Shown here one piece after another: positions 15,890 to 31,660 of a DNA stretch of 64,000 bases. A program made the translations under genes and the position numbers. The DNA comes from the human T2T-CHM13v2.0 reference genome, Homo sapiens, in assembly GCF_009914755.1 (NCBI RefSeq), contig NC_060940.1. One strand, written 5' to 3'. How positions within the stretch are numbered: position 1 is the stretch's first letter; the number at the start of each line of letters is the position of its first letter. The notes beneath the pieces are model-generated. The model worked only from the letters and a program-made list of their open reading frames with translations. It did not search any database and had not been told where the DNA came from.

Positions 15890-17716
15890 CTATTTATGTA
15901 TTATATTCGTGTCCACTTCATGATTCCATTCAATTCCATTTAATGTTGATTCCATTTGATTCCATTTGATGATTCAGTTCGATTCCTTGCAATGATTCCC
16001 TACGATTCCTTTCTATGATGATTCCATTCGATTCCATTCATTGATGATTTCATTCGACTCCATTCGATGATGATTCCTTTCGATTCCATTTGACGATGTT
16101 TCCATTCGAGTCCATTCGATGATGATTCTATTCAATTCTGTTCTATTATGATTCCATTCGATTTCATTCAATGCTTCTATTTGATTCCATTCGATGATGA
16201 TTCCATCTCTTTCCCTTCGATGATTCCATTTGATTCCATTCAGTGATGATTCCATTTGATTCCATCTGATGATGATTTCACTTGATTCCTTTCAATGATG
16301 ATTCAATTCAAGTCCATTCGATGATTCCATTGGAGTCCAAACGATCATTCCGTTCGATTCCATTCAATGGTGATTCCATTCATGTCCATTCGATGAATCC
16401 ATTCAATTCCATTCGATGATGACTCCATTCGAGTACATTCGATGATTCCATTTGATTCCATTGGAAGATGATTCCATTCAATTCCATTCGAAGATGATTC
16501 CATTCAATTCCATTCGATGATGATTCCGTATGAATCCATTCTCTGATTATTCCATTCGATTCCATTCATTGACGATTCCATTCAATTCCATTCAATGATG
16601 ATTCTCTTCTATTCCATTCGATGATTCCGGTCGATTCCATTCGATGATGATTCCATTAGATTCCATTCGATTGTTGCATTCGATTCCCTTCGATGATGAT
16701 TCCTTTGAATTCCATTCGATTATCATTCCGTATGAATCCATTTGATGATTATTCCATTGGATTCCTTTCGATGATGATTCCATTCGATTCCATTTGATGA
16801 TGTTTCTCTTGTATTCCATTGGATAATTCCTTTCAGTTCCCTTCGATGATTATTCTTTCGAGTCAATTCGATGATTCTATTCCATTCCCTTCGATGATGA
16901 TTCCATTTCACTCCATTTGATGATTCCATTCGACTCAATTTGGTGATGATTCAATTCGATGACATTCGATGACTCCATTCAATTTCATTTGATGATGATT
17001 ACATTCGAGTCCATTTGATGATTGTATTCCTTTCCTTTTGATGATTATTCCATTCGTGTCTATTCAAAGGTTCCATTCTATTCCATTCAATGATGATTGC
17101 ATTTGATTCCATTCAATGATTATGGCTATCGATTCCACTCGTTGATTCCATTTGATTCCGTTCGATGATTATTCCGTTAGATTCCATTAGAAGATTCCAT
17201 TCGATTTTATTCAATGATTCCAATGGATTCCATTCAATGATGATTCCATTCGACTCCATTCAGTGATTCCATTCGAGTCCATTTGATGATTCCATTCTTT
17301 TCCATTTGATGATGATTCCATTAGGGTCCATTCAATGATTCCATTCGAGTCCATTCGTTAATGCCTTTCGAGTCCTTTTGATCACTACATTCGAGTCCAT
17401 TCAATGATTCTATTCGATTCCATTCCATGATGATTCCATTCGAGTTCATTCGATGATTGCATTCGAGTCCATTTGATGATTCCATATGATTCCCTTCGAC
17501 AATGCTTCCATTCGTGTCCATTTGATGATTCCATTCATTTCCTATCGATGAAGATTCCATTCAAGTGTATTCGATGATTCCATTCAAATCCATTCGATGA
17601 TGATTCCATTCCAGTCCATTCGATCATTCCACTTGATTCCATTTGATGACTATTCCATTCAAATCCATTTGATGATTCCATTCGATTCCATTCGATGTTA
17701 CCATTCGAGTATATAC
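15890..17716 (+). repeat. Non-canonical ~1.8-kb HSat2 cassette, copy 2
   Basis: ORF landmarks offset by 11,164 from copy 1 (5091/16255, 5401/16565, 6396/17560), with the same entry and exit junctions. Confidence 0.85.
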
Positions 17717-20700
17717 GATGATTCCACTCGATTCCATTTGATGATTATTCCATTGGAGTCCACTTAGTGAATCCTTTAGATTCTACTGGAAGATGATTCC
17801 ATTCGAGTCCATTCGATGATACCATTCAATTCCATTCGTTGATGCTTCCATTCAAGTGCATTCGATGATATCATTCGATTCCATTTGATGATAATTCCAT
17901 TTGATTCCATGCGATGATTCTATTCGATTCCATTCAATGATAATTCCATTCAATTCAGTGATTCCTCTGGACTCCATTTGATGATGATTCCATTCAATGA
18001 TTCCATTCGATTCTATTCGAAAATGATTCCATTTGAATCCATTTGATGATGATTCCACTGGATTCCATTTGATGATTCCATTCGATTCCATTCGATGATG
18101 ATTCCATTCGATTCCTTTTGATGAATCCATTTTATTGTATTCGATGATGATTCCATTCGATTCCATTCGATGATGATTGGATTCGATTCCATTTGATGAT
18201 TTCATTTGATTCCATTCGATAATGATTTCGATCAATTCCATTCGATGATTCCATTCGATTCCATTCGATAATGATTACATCCGAGTCCATTCGATGATTC
18301 CATTTGAGCCCGTTCGATAATTCCATTTGAGTCCAATCAATGATTCCATTCATTTCCATTCAATGATTCCATTCGAGTCCATTTGATCATTCCGGTAGGG
18401 TCCGTTCGATGTTGATTCCATTGGAGTGCATTCGATGATTCCATTCGAGTCCATTTTAGGATTTGATTCGAGTCCTTTCGATGATTCCATTCGATTCCAC
18501 TCGATGATTTCATTCGAGTCCATTCGACACTTCCAATCGATTCCATTTGATGTTTCCATTCGATTCCAATTGATGATTCCATTCCATTCCATTCGATGAT
18601 GATTCCGTACGATTCCATTCTGTGATGATTCCATGTGATTGCATTCAATGATGATTCCTTTCGATTGCATTCGATTATGATTCATTTCGTGTTCATTCTA
18701 TGGTTCCACAGGTTTCCATTCGATGATGTTTCCATTCGTGTCCATTCCATTATTCCATTCTATTCCATTTGAAGATGATTCCATTCGATTCCATTCATTG
18801 GTGATTCCACTCAATTCCATTCAGTGATTCCATTCCATTTCTTTCAACAATGATTCCATTAGTTTCTATTCGATGATCCACTTGATTCCATTTGACGATG
18901 ATTCCATTCGTGTCCATTCGATGATTCCATTTGATTCCATATGATGATGATTCCATTCGATTCCATACGATGATGATTCCATTCGAGTCCATTCAATGGT
19001 GATTCCATTCAATTCCATTCGATGATTCCTTTCGATTCCATTCAATGATGATGGCATTTGATTCCTTTCGATCATTCCCTTTGATTCCATTCAAAGGTGA
19101 TTTCATTCAAGTCCATTCGATAATTGCATTCGATTCCATTCTATGATGATTCCATTCGAGTCCATTTGATGATTCCATTCAATTCAAGTCAATGATGATT
19201 CCATTCGATTCCACTCGATGATTCCATTGGATTCCATTCGATGATGATTCCATTCAAATCCATTCGATAATTCAATTCAAGTCCATTCGATGATGATTCC
19301 AATCGAATCCATTCAAAGATTCCACTCAATTCCATTCGATGATGATTCCCTTAGTTTCCATTCGATGATTCCACTTGATTCCATTTACGATGATTCCATT
19401 CGATTCCATGTGATGATTCCATTCAATTCTATTCAATGATGTTTCCACTTGATTCCATTCGAACATGATTGCCTTTGATTCCATTCAATGATTCCATACG
19501 ATTCCATTTGATGATGATTCCATTCGAGTGCATTAGATGATTCCATTCGAGTCCATTCGATGATTCCATTCGATTCCATTCGATGTTGATTCTGTTCAAA
19601 TCCATTTGATGATTCCACTCGATTCCATTCGATGACTCCATTTGATCCCATTCGATGATTTCCTTTGATTCCCTTTGATGATCATTCCATTTGATTCAAT
19701 TCGGTGATTTCATTTGATTCCATTCAGTGATGTTTCCATTCAACTCCTTTCGATGATGATTCCATTCGACTCCATTCGATTATGATTTCATTCAATTCCA
19801 TTCGATAATGATTCCCTTCAAGTCCATTCGATGATTCCATTCGATTCCATTCAACGGTGATTTGATTCGTGTCCATTCGATGATTCCATTTGATTCCATT
19901 TGATGATGATTCCATTCGAGTCCCTTTGATGATTCCATTCAATTCCATTCTCCGATGATTTCTTTTGAGCCCATTCAATGCTTCCACTCGATTCCATATG
20001 ATGATGACTCCATTTGATGAAATTCCATGATGATTCCATTCGCTTGCATTCGATGATGATTCCACTTGAGTCCGTTAGAAGATTCTATTCAATTACATTC
20101 CATGACGATTCTGTTCGAGTCCATTTGATGATTCCATTAGACTCCATTCGACGATGATTCCATTCGATGTTATTCGATGATGATTCCATTCAACTCCATT
20201 CGATGTTTCCATTCGAGTTCATTCTATTATTCCATTAGATTCCATTCGATGATGATTCCATTCGATTCCATTTGATGATTGCATTCTATTTCATTTGATG
20301 ATGATTCCATTCGAGTCCATTCGATGATTCCATTCGAGTCCATTTAATGAATCCATAGGTTTCAATTCTATGATGATTACATTGGATTCCATTCGTTGAT
20401 GATTTCATTCGGTTCCATTCAATGATGATTCCATTCAATTCCTTTCAATGTTTCCATTCAATTCCATACGATGATGATTCCATTTGATTTGATTCGACAG
20501 TGAGCCATTCGATTCAATTCCATGATGATTCTATTTTATTCAATTGGTTGACATTTCCATTCGATTCCATTCGATGATGATTCCCTTTGATTCCGTTCAA
20601 AGATGATTCCATTCTAGCCCATTCAATCATTCCATTCGATTCTATTCAATGATGATTCCATTCATGTCGATTTGGTGATTCCATTTGACTTCATTTGATG

Positions 20701-21089
20701 ATGATTCCTTTCAAGTTCATTAGATGATTCCATTCGATTCCATTTGATGATGATCCCATTCGAGTCCATTTGATGATTCCACTCGTTTCCATTCCATGAT
20801 GATTCCATTCCATTCCATTCAATGATTCCATTCGATTCCGTTTGATGATGATTTCATTCGAGTCCATTTGATGATTACATTTGATTCCATTCGATGATGA
20901 TTACATTCGAGTCCATACGATGATTCCACTCAATTCCATATGATGATGATTCCATTCGATTCCATTCGATGATTCCATTCTATTCTATTCAATGGTGATT
21001 CCATTCGAGTACATTAGATGATTCCATTCGATTCCATTCAATGATGATTCTATTTGTGTCCCTTAGATGGTTCCACATGATTCCATTTC

Positions 21090-24000
21090 ATGATGATACT
21101 ATTTGAGCCCATCCAATGATTCTCTTCGATTCCATTCGATGAGGATTCCATTTGATTCAATTCATTGGTGATTCTATTCAATTCAATTCTTTGGTTCCAT
21201 TCCATTCCATTCGACAATGATTCCATTCGATTTCTTTCGATGATTCCACTCGATTCCACTTGACATTGATTCCATTCGATTCCATTCAATGATTCCGTTT
21301 GATTCCAGTGGATGATGATTGCCATCGATTCCATTCGATCACTCCATTCTATTCCATTTGATGATGATTACATTCGATTCCATTTGATGATTCCATCTGA
21401 TTCTATTCGAGGATTCCATTTGATTCCATTCGATGATGATTCCATTCGAGTCCATTTGATGATTCCATTTGATTCCATTTGATTATGATTCTACTAGAGT
21501 CCATTCAATGACTCCATTTGAATCCATTCAACAATTCCATTCGAGGCCATTCGATGATTCCATTTGATGGTTCCATTCGAGTCCATTTAATCATTACAGT
21601 CGAGTCCATTTGGTGATTCCACTGGATTTCTTTTGATAATGATACCATTCAATTACATTTGATGATGATCCCATTCAATTTCATTTGATGGTGATTCCAT
21701 TAGAGTCCATTCGATGATTTCATTCGAGTTCCTTCATTGATTCCATCCGATTTCATTGGATGATGACTCCATTCGAGTCCATTCGATGATTCCACTCGAT
21801 TCCATTAGATGGTTCCATTGGAGTCCATTTGATTGTTCCATTCGATTCTATTCGATTCCTTTCGAAGATTATTCCATTTGAGTCCATTCGATGATGATTC
21901 CATTCCATTCCATTCGATGATTCCGTTTGATTCCATTCGATGATTCCCTTCGATTCCATTCTTTGATGATTCCATTCCATTCCATTCAATGATTCCATTC
22001 GAATCTATTCCATGATGATTCCTTTCGATTCCATTCGCTGATGTTTCCGTTCAATTCCATTCGATGATGATTCCATTCGATTCCATTCATTGAGGATTCC
22101 ATTTGATTCCATTCAATGATGATTCCATTCTATTCCATTCAATGATTGCATTCAATTCCATTCAATGATTATCCCATTAGAGTAAACTCAACGATTCCAT
22201 TCAATACCATTCGATGATGATTCCTTTTGAGTCCATTCAATGATTTCATTCAAGTCCATTTGATGATTCCTTTCAATTCCATTCTATGATGATTCCATTC
22301 GAGTCCATTCGATGATTCCATTCGATTGCATTCGATGATTCCATTATATTCCATTCAACGATGATTCCATTCGAGTCCATTCGATGATTCCATTAGAGTA
22401 CATTTAATGATTGCTTTGTTTTCAATTCGAAGATGATTACATTGGATTCCATTCTATGATACCATTCGATTCCATTCAATGATGATTCCACTCAAATCCA
22501 TTGGATGATTCCATTCGTGTCCATTCGGTGATTTCATTAGATTCCATTCGAGGATGATTCCATTCGATTCCATTCGATGATTCCATTCAATTCCATTCGA
22601 TGATGATTCCATTCCAGTCCATATGATCATTCCATTTGATTTCATTCGATGATGATTCCATTCGATTCCATTCGATGATTCCATTCTATTCCATTCGATG
22701 ATGATTCCATTCGAGTCCATTCGATGATTCCATTCGAGTCTATTTAATGATTCCATTGGGTTCAATTCAATGATGATTACATTGGATTCCGTTCTATGAT
22801 TCCATTCAATTCCGTTCATTGACAATTTGATTCCATTCGATGATGATTCCATTTGAGTTCATTCGATGATTCTATTCGATTCTCTTCGATGGTGATTCAA
22901 TTCTATTATATTGGATGATTCCATTCGATTCCATTTGATGTTGATTCAATTCGATTCTATTCGATGATGATTCCATTGGATTTCACTTGATGATTCTATT
23001 CGATTCCATTCAATGATGATTCACTTCTCGTCCATTGGATGATTCCATTTCATTCCATTCGATGATGATTCCATTCGATTCCATTCGATGATTCCATTTG
23101 ATTCCATGCGTCGGTGAGCAATTCGATTCAATTCCATGATGATTCTATTTGATTCAATTAGATGATGTTTCCATTCGAATCCATTCCATGATTATTCCAT
23201 TGGAATCCATTCGGCGATGATTCCATATGAGTCAATTCAATGATGATTCCATATGGGTCCGTTCGATGATAATTCCATTTGATTTCATTCGGTGCTTCTA
23301 TTCAATTCCAGTCGATGATGATTCCGTTGGAGTCCATACGATGATTCCATTTGATTTCATTTGATGATGATTCCATTCGATGATGATTACATTGGATTCC
23401 ATTCTATGATTCCATTCAATTCCATTCGTTGATGATTCGATTCCATTCAATGATGATTCCATTTGAGTTCATTCGATGATTCTATTCGATTCCGTTCGAT
23501 GGTGATTCAATTATCTTATATTGGATGAATCCACTCGATTCCATTTGATGATTATTCCATTGGAGTCCACTTAGTGAATCCTTCAGATTCTACTCGAAGA
23601 TGATTCCATTCAAGTCCATTCGATGATACCATTCAATTCCATTCGTTGATGCTTCCATTCAAGTGCATTCGATGATATCATTCGATTCCATTTGATGATA
23701 ATTCCATTTGATTCCATGCGATGTTTCTATTCGATTCCATTCAATGATAATTCCATTCAGTTCAGTGATTCCTCTGGACTCCATTTGATGATGATTCCAT
23801 TCAATGATTCCATTCGATTCTATTCGAAAATGATTCCATTTGAATCCATTTGATGATGATTCCATTAGATTCCATTTGATGATTCCATTCGATTCCATGC
23901 GACGATGATTCCATTCGATTCCATTTGATGATTCCATTCTATTCTATTCGATGATGATTCCATTCGATTCCATTCGATGATGATTGGATTCGATTCCATT

Positions 24001-26570
24001 TGATGATTTCATTTGATTCCATTCGTTAATGATTTCGATCAATTCCATTCGATGATTCCATTCGATTCCATTCGATAATGATTACATCCGTGTCCATTCA
24101 ATGATTCCATTTGAGCCTGTTCGATAATTCCATTTGAGTCCAACCAATGATTCCATTCATTTCCATTCAATGATTCCATTCGAGTCCATTTGATCATTCC
24201 GGTAGGGTCCATTCGATGTTGATTCCATTGGAGTGCATTCGATGATTCCATTCGAGTCCATTTTATGATTTGATTCGAGTCCTTTCGATGATTCCATTCG
24301 ATTCCACTCGATGATGATTTCATTCGAGTCCATTCGACACTTCCAATCGATTCCATTTGATGTTTCCATTCGAGTCCAATTGATGATTCCATTCAATTCC
24401 ATTCGATGATGATTCCCTACGATTCCATTCTGTGATGATTCCATGTGATTGCATTCAATGATGATTCCTTTAGATTGCATTCGATTGTGATTCATTTCGT
24501 CTTCATTCTATGGTTCCACAGGTTTCCATTCGTGTCCATTCCATTATTCCATTCTATTCCATTTGATGATGATTCCATTCGATTCTATTCATTGGTGATT
24601 CCACTCAATTCCATTCAATGATTCCATTCCATTTCTTTCAACAATGATTCCATTAGTTTCTAATCGATGATCCACTTGATTCCATTTGACGACGATTCCA
24701 TTCTTGTCCATTCGATGATTCCATTTGATTCCATATGATGATGATTCCATTCGATTCCATACGATGATGATTCCATTCGAGTCCATTCAATGGTGATTCC
24801 ATTCAATTCCATTCGATGATTCCTTTCGATTCCATTCGATGATGATGGCATTCGATTCCTTTCAATCATTCCCTTTGATTCCATTCAAAGGTGATTTCAT
24901 TCAAGTCCATTCGATAATTGCATTCGATTCCATTCTATGATGATTCCATTCGAGTCCATTTGATGATTCCATTCAATTCAAGTCAATGATGATTCCATTC
25001 GATTCCATTCGATGATTCCATTGGATTCCATTCGATGATGATTCCATTCAAATCAATTCGATAATTCAATTCAAGTCCATTCGATGATGATTCCAATCGA
25101 ATCCATTCAAAGATTCCATTCAGTTCCATTCGATGATTCCCTTAGATTCCATTCGATGATTCCACTTGATTTCATTTACGATGATTCCATTCGATTCCAC
25201 GTGATGATTCCATTCAATTCTATTCAATGCTGTTTCCATTTGATTCCATTCGACCATGATTGCCTTGATTCCATTCAATGACTCCATTCGGTTCCTTTTG
25301 ATGATGATTCCGTTCGATTCCATTTCATTATTCCATTTGATTCCATTGGATGAGTCCATTCGATTACATTCGATGATTATTCCATTCGAGTGCATTAGAT
25401 GATTCCATTCGAGTCCATTCGATGATTACATTCGATTCCATTCGATGTTGATTCTGTTCAAATCCATTCGATGATTCCACTCGATTCCATTCGATGACTC
25501 CAGTTGATCCCATTCGATGATTTCCTTTGATTCCCTTTGATGATCATTCCATTTGATTGAATTCGGTGATTTCATTTGATTCCATTCAGTGATGTTTCCA
25601 TTCGACTCCATTCGATGATGATTCCATTCGACTCCATTCGATTATGATTTCATTCAATTCCATTCAATAATGATTCCCTTCGAGTCCATTCGATGATTCC
25701 ATTCGATTCCATTCAACGATGATTTGATTCGTGTCCATTCGATGATTCCATTTGATTCCACTTGATGATGATTCCATTCGAGTCCATTTGATGATTCCAT
25801 TCAATTCCATTCTCCGATGATTTCTTTTGAGCCCATTCAATGCTTCCACTCGATTCCATATGATGATGACTCCATTCGATGAAATTCGATGATGATTCCC
25901 TTTGATTCCATTCAAAGATGATTCCATTCTAGCCCATTCAATCATTCCATTCGATTCTATTCAATGATGATTCCATTCATGTCGATTTGGTGATTCCATT
26001 TGACTTCATTTGATGATGATTCCTTTCAAGTTCATTAGATGATTCCATTCGATTCCATTTGATGATGATCCCATTCGAGTCCATTCAGTGATTCCACTCG
26101 TTTCCATTCCATGATGATTCCATTCCATTCCATTCAATGATTCCATTCGATTCCGTTTGATGATGATTTCATTCGAGTCCATTTGATGATTCCATTGGAT
26201 TCCATTCGATGATGATTCCATTCGAGTCCATTCGATGATTCTATTCGAATCCATTTGATGACTTCTTTTGATTATAGTTGGTGATGATTCCATTGGAGTC
26301 CATTCAATGATTCCATTCGATTCCAATCGATGGTGATTCCATTAGAGTCCATTTAATGATTCCATTTGATTCCAGTCTCTGATGATTACATTCGAGTCCA
26401 TACGATGATTCCACTCAATTCCATATGATGATGATTCCATTCGATTCCATTCGATGATTCCATTCTATTCTATTCAATGGTGATTCCATTCGAGTACATT
26501 AGATGATTCCATTCGATTCCATTCAATGATGATTCTATTTGTGTCCCTTAGATGATTCCACATGATTCCA
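21090..26570 (+). repeat. Near-canonical unit with a ~570-bp deletion (local period 5,541 bp)
   Basis: 21998/27539 = 5,541 = 6,112 - 571. The junction gaaattcgatgatgattcc|ctttgattccattcaaag is at ~25895, and there is a 1-bp deletion near 25265. Confidence 0.85.
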
Positions 26571-29500
26571 TTAGATGATGATACTATTTGAGCCCATCCA
26601 ATGATTCCCTTCGATTCCATTTGATGAGGATTCCATTCGATTCAATTCATTGGTGATTCTATTCAATTCAATTCTTTGATTCCATTCCATTCCATTCGAC
26701 AATGATTCCATTCGATTTCTTTCGATGATTCCACTCGATTCCACTTGACATTGATTCCCTTCGATTCCATTCAATGATTCCGTTTGATTCCAGTGGATGA
26801 TGATTGCCATCGATTCCATTCGATCACTCCATTCTATTCCATTTGATGATGATTACATTCGATTCCATTTGACGATTCCATCTGATTCTATTCGAGGATT
26901 CCATTTGATTCCATTCGATGATGATTCCATTCGAGTCCATTCGATGATTTCATTCGAGTACATCCAATGATTCCATTCGAGTCCATTTGATGATTCCATT
27001 TGATTCCATTTGATAATGATTCTACTAGAGTCCATTCAATGACTCCATTCGAGTCCATTCAACAATTCCATTCGACTCCATTTGATGATTCCACTCGATT
27101 CCATTTGATGATTCCATTCGAGTCCATTTAATCATTACAGTCGAGTCCATTTGGTGATTCCACCGGACTTCGTTTGATAATGATACCATTCAATTACATT
27201 TGATGACGATCCCATTCAATTTCATTTGATGATGATTCCATTAGAGTCCATTCGATGATTTCATTCGAGTCCCTTCATTGATTCCATCCGATTTCATTGG
27301 ATGATGACTCCATTCGAGTCCATTCGATGATTCCACTCGATTGCATTAGATGATTCCATTGGAGTCCATTTGATTGTTCCATTCGATTCCATTCGATTCC
27401 TTTCGAAGATTATTCCATTTGAGTCCATTCGATGATGATTCCATTCCATTCCATTCGATGATTCCGTTTGATTCCATTCGATGATTCCCTTCGATTCCTT
27501 TCTTTGATGATTCCATTCCATTCCATTCAATGATTCCATTCGAATCTATTCCATGATGATTCCTTTCGATTCCATTCGCTGATGTTTCCGTTCAATTCCA
27601 TTCGATGATGATTCCATTCGATTCCATTCATTGAGGATTCCATTTGATTCCATTAAATGATGATTCCGTTCTATTCCATTCAATGATTGCATTCAATTCC
27701 ATTCAATGATTATCCCCTTAGAGTAAACTCAATGATTCCATTCAATACCATTCGATGATGATTCCTTTTGAGTCCATTCAATGATTTCATTCAAGTCCAT
27801 TTGATGATTCCTTTCAATTCCATTCTATGATGATTCCATTCGAGTCCATTCGATGATTCCATTCGATTGCATTCGATTATTCCATTATATTCCAGTCAAC
27901 GATGATTCCATTCGAGTCCATTCGTTGATTCCATTAGAGTACATTTAATGATTGCTTTGTTTTCAATTCGAAGATGATTACATTGGATTCCATTCTATGA
28001 TACCATTCGATTCCATTCAATGATGATTCCACTCAAATCCATTGGATGATTCCATTCGTGTCCATTCGGTGATTTCCTTAGATTCCATTCGAGGATGATT
28101 CCATTCGATTCCATTCGGTGATTCCATTCAATTCCATTCGATGATGATTCCATCCCAGTCCATATGATCATTCCATTTGATTTCATTCGATGATGATTCC
28201 ATTCGATTCCATTCGATGATTCCATTCTATTCCATTCGATGATGATTCCATTCGAGTCCATTCGATGATTCCATTCGAGTCCATTGAATGATTCCATTGG
28301 TTTCAATTCAAGATGATTACATTGGATTCCGTTCTATGATTCCATTCAATTCCGTTCATTGACAATTTGATTCCATTCGATGATGATTCCATTTGAGTTC
28401 ATTCGATGATTCTATTCGATTCTCTTCGATGGTGATTCAATTCTATTATATTGGATGATTCCATTCGATTCCATTTGATGTTGATTCAATTCGATTCTAT
28501 TCGATGATGATTCCATTGGATTTCACTTGATGATTCTCTTCGATTCCATTCAATGATGATTCACTTCTCGTCCATTGGATGATTCCATTTCATTCCATTC
28601 GATGATGATTCCATTCGATTCCATTCGATGATTCCATTTGATTCCATGCGACGGTGAGCAATTCGATTCAATTCCATGATGATTCTATTTGATTCAATTA
28701 GATGATGTTTCCATTCGAATCCATTCCATGATTATTCCATTGGAATCCATTTGGCAATGATTCCATAGGAGACAATTCAATGATGATTCCATATGGGTCC
28801 GTTCGATGATAATTCCATTTGATTTCATTCGATGCTTCTATTCTATTCCAGTCGATGATGATTCCGTTGGAGTCCATACGATGATTCCATTTGATTTCAT
28901 TTGATGATGATTCCATTCGATGATGATTGGATTCGATTCCATTTGATGATTTCATTTGATTCCATTCGTTAATGATTTCGATCAACTCCATTCGATGATT
29001 CCATTTGATTCCATTCGATAATGATTACATCCGAGTCCATTCGATGATTCCATTTGAGCCTGTTCGATAATACCATTTGGGTCCAATCAATGATTCCATT
29101 CATTTCCATTCAATGATTCCATTCGAGTCCATTTGATCATTCTGGTAGGGTCCGTTCGATGTTGATTCCATTGGAGTGCATTCGATGATTCCATTCGAGT
29201 CCATTTTAGGATTTGATTGGAGTCCTTTCGATGATTCCATTCTATTCCACTCGATGATGATTTCATTCGAGTCCATTCGACACTTCCAATCGATTCCATT
29301 TGATGTTTCCATTCGAGTCCAATTGATGATTCCATTCAATTCCATTCGATGATGATTCCGTACGACTCCATTATGTGATGATTCCATGTGATTGCATTCA
29401 ATGATGATTCCTTTCGATTGCATTCGATTATGATTCATTTCGTGTTCATTCTATGGTTCCACAGGTTTCCATTCGATGACGTTTCCGTTCATGTCCATTC

Positions 29501-30769
29501 CATTATTCCATTCTATTTCATTTGATGATGATTCCATTCGATTCCATTCATTGGTGATTCCACTCAATTCCATTCAATGATTCCATTCCATTTCTTTCAA
29601 CAATGATTCCATTAGTTTCTATTCGATGATCCACTTGATTCCATTTGGCGATGATTCCATTCGTTTCCATTCGATGATTCCATTTGATTCCATATGATGA
29701 TGATTCCATTCGATTCCATACGATGGTGATTCCATTCGAGTCCATTCAATGGTGATTCCATTCAATTCCATTCGATGATTCCTTCCGATTCCATTCGATG
29801 ATGATGGCATTCGATTCCTTTCAATCATTCCCTTTGATTCCATTCAAAGGTGATTTCATTCAAGTCCATTCGATAATTGCATTCGATTCCATTCTATGAT
29901 GATTCCATTCGAGTCCATTTGATGATTCCATTCAATTCAAGTCAATGATGATTCCATTCGATTCCACTCGATGATTCCATTGGATTCCATTCGATGATGA
30001 TTCCATTCAAATCCATTCGATAATTCAATTCAAGTCCATTCGATGATGATTCCAATCGAATCCATTCAAAGATTCCATTCAATTCCATTCGATGATGATT
30101 CCCTTAGATTCCATTCGATGATTCCACTTGATTCCATTTACGATGATTCCATTCGATTCCATGTGATGAATCCATTCAATTCTATTCAATGATGTTTCCA
30201 TTTGATTCCATTGGACCATGATTGCCTTTGATTCCATTCAATGATTCCATTCGGTTCCATTTGATGATGATTCCGTTCGATTCCATTTCATTATTCCATT
30301 TGATTCCATTGGATGAGTCCATTCGATTACATTCGATGATTATTCCATTCGAGTGCATTAGATGATTGCATTCGAGTCCATTCGATGATTCCATTCGATT
30401 CCATTCGATGTTGATTCTGTTCAAATCCATTCGATGATTCCACTCGATTCCATTCGATGACTCCATTTGATCCCATTCGATGATTTCCTGTGATTCCCTT
30501 TGATGATCATTCTATTTGATTCAATTCGGTGATTTCATTTCATTCCATTCAGTGATGTTTCCATTCGACTGTATTCGATGATGATTCCATTCGACTCCAT
30601 TCGATTATGATTTCATTCAATTCCATTCAATAATGATTCCCTTCGAGTCCATTCGATGATTCCATTCGATTCCATTCAACGATGATTTGATTCGTTTCCA
30701 TTCGATGATTCCATTTGATTCCACTTGATGATGATTCCATTCGAGTCCATTTGGTGATTCCATTCGAGT

Positions 30770-31660
30770 CTATTTATGTATTATATTCGTGTCCACTTCA
30801 TGATTCCATTCAATTCCATTTAATGTTGATTCCATTTGATTCCATTTGATGATTCAGTTCGATTCCTTGCAATGATTCCCTACGATTCCTTTCTATGATG
30901 ATTCCATTCGATTCCATTCATTGATGATTTCATTCGACTCCATTCGATGATGATTCCTTTCGATTCCATTTGACGATGTTTCCATTCGAGTCCATTCGAT
31001 GATTCTATTCAATTCTGTTCTATTATGATTCCATTCGATTTCATTCAATGCTTCTATTTGATTCCATTCGATGATGATTCCATCTCTTTCCCTTCGATGA
31101 TTCCATTTGATTCCATTCAGTGATGATTCCATTTGATTCCATCTGATGATGATTTCACTTGATTCCTTTCAATGATGATTCAATTCAAGTCCATTCGATG
31201 GTTCCATTGGAGTCCAAACGATCATTCCGTTCGATTCCATTCAATGGTGATTCCATTCATGTCCATTCGATGAATCCATTCAATTCCATTCGATGATGAC
31301 TCCATTCGAGTACATTCGATGATTCCATTTGATTCCATTTGAAGATGATTCCATTCAATTCCATTCGAAGATGATTCCATTCAATTCTATTCGATGATGA
31401 TTCCGTATGAATCCATTCTCTGATTATTCCATTCGATTCCATTCATTGACGATTCCATTCAATTCCATTCAATGATGATTCTCTTCTATTCCATTCGATG
31501 ATTCCGGTCGATTCCATTCGATGATGATTCCATTAGATTGCATTCGATTGTTGCATTCGATTCCCTTCGATGATGATTCCTTTGAATTCCATTCGATTAT
31601 CATTCCGTATGAATCCATTTGATGATTATTCCATTGGATTCCTTTCGATGATGATTCCAT
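30770..31660 (+). repeat. Truncated third copy (~0.9 kb) of the non-canonical cassette
   Basis: Same entry junction and landmarks at 31132 and 31442. It switches at ~31660 into canonical sequence gagtccattcgatgattctattcgaatcc. Confidence 0.85.

Larger units (their letters stand above)
1..20340 (+). repeat. Two related ~9.2-kb composite blocks (1-~9250 and ~11116-~20340) spaced ~11.1 kb
   Basis: Landmark offsets: 249/11364 = 11,115; 969/12061 = 11,092; 1774/12915 and 3417/14558 = 11,141; 7521/18685 = 11,164. Each block contains an internal ~4.1-kb repeat (3417/7521; 14558/18685). Confidence 0.85.
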
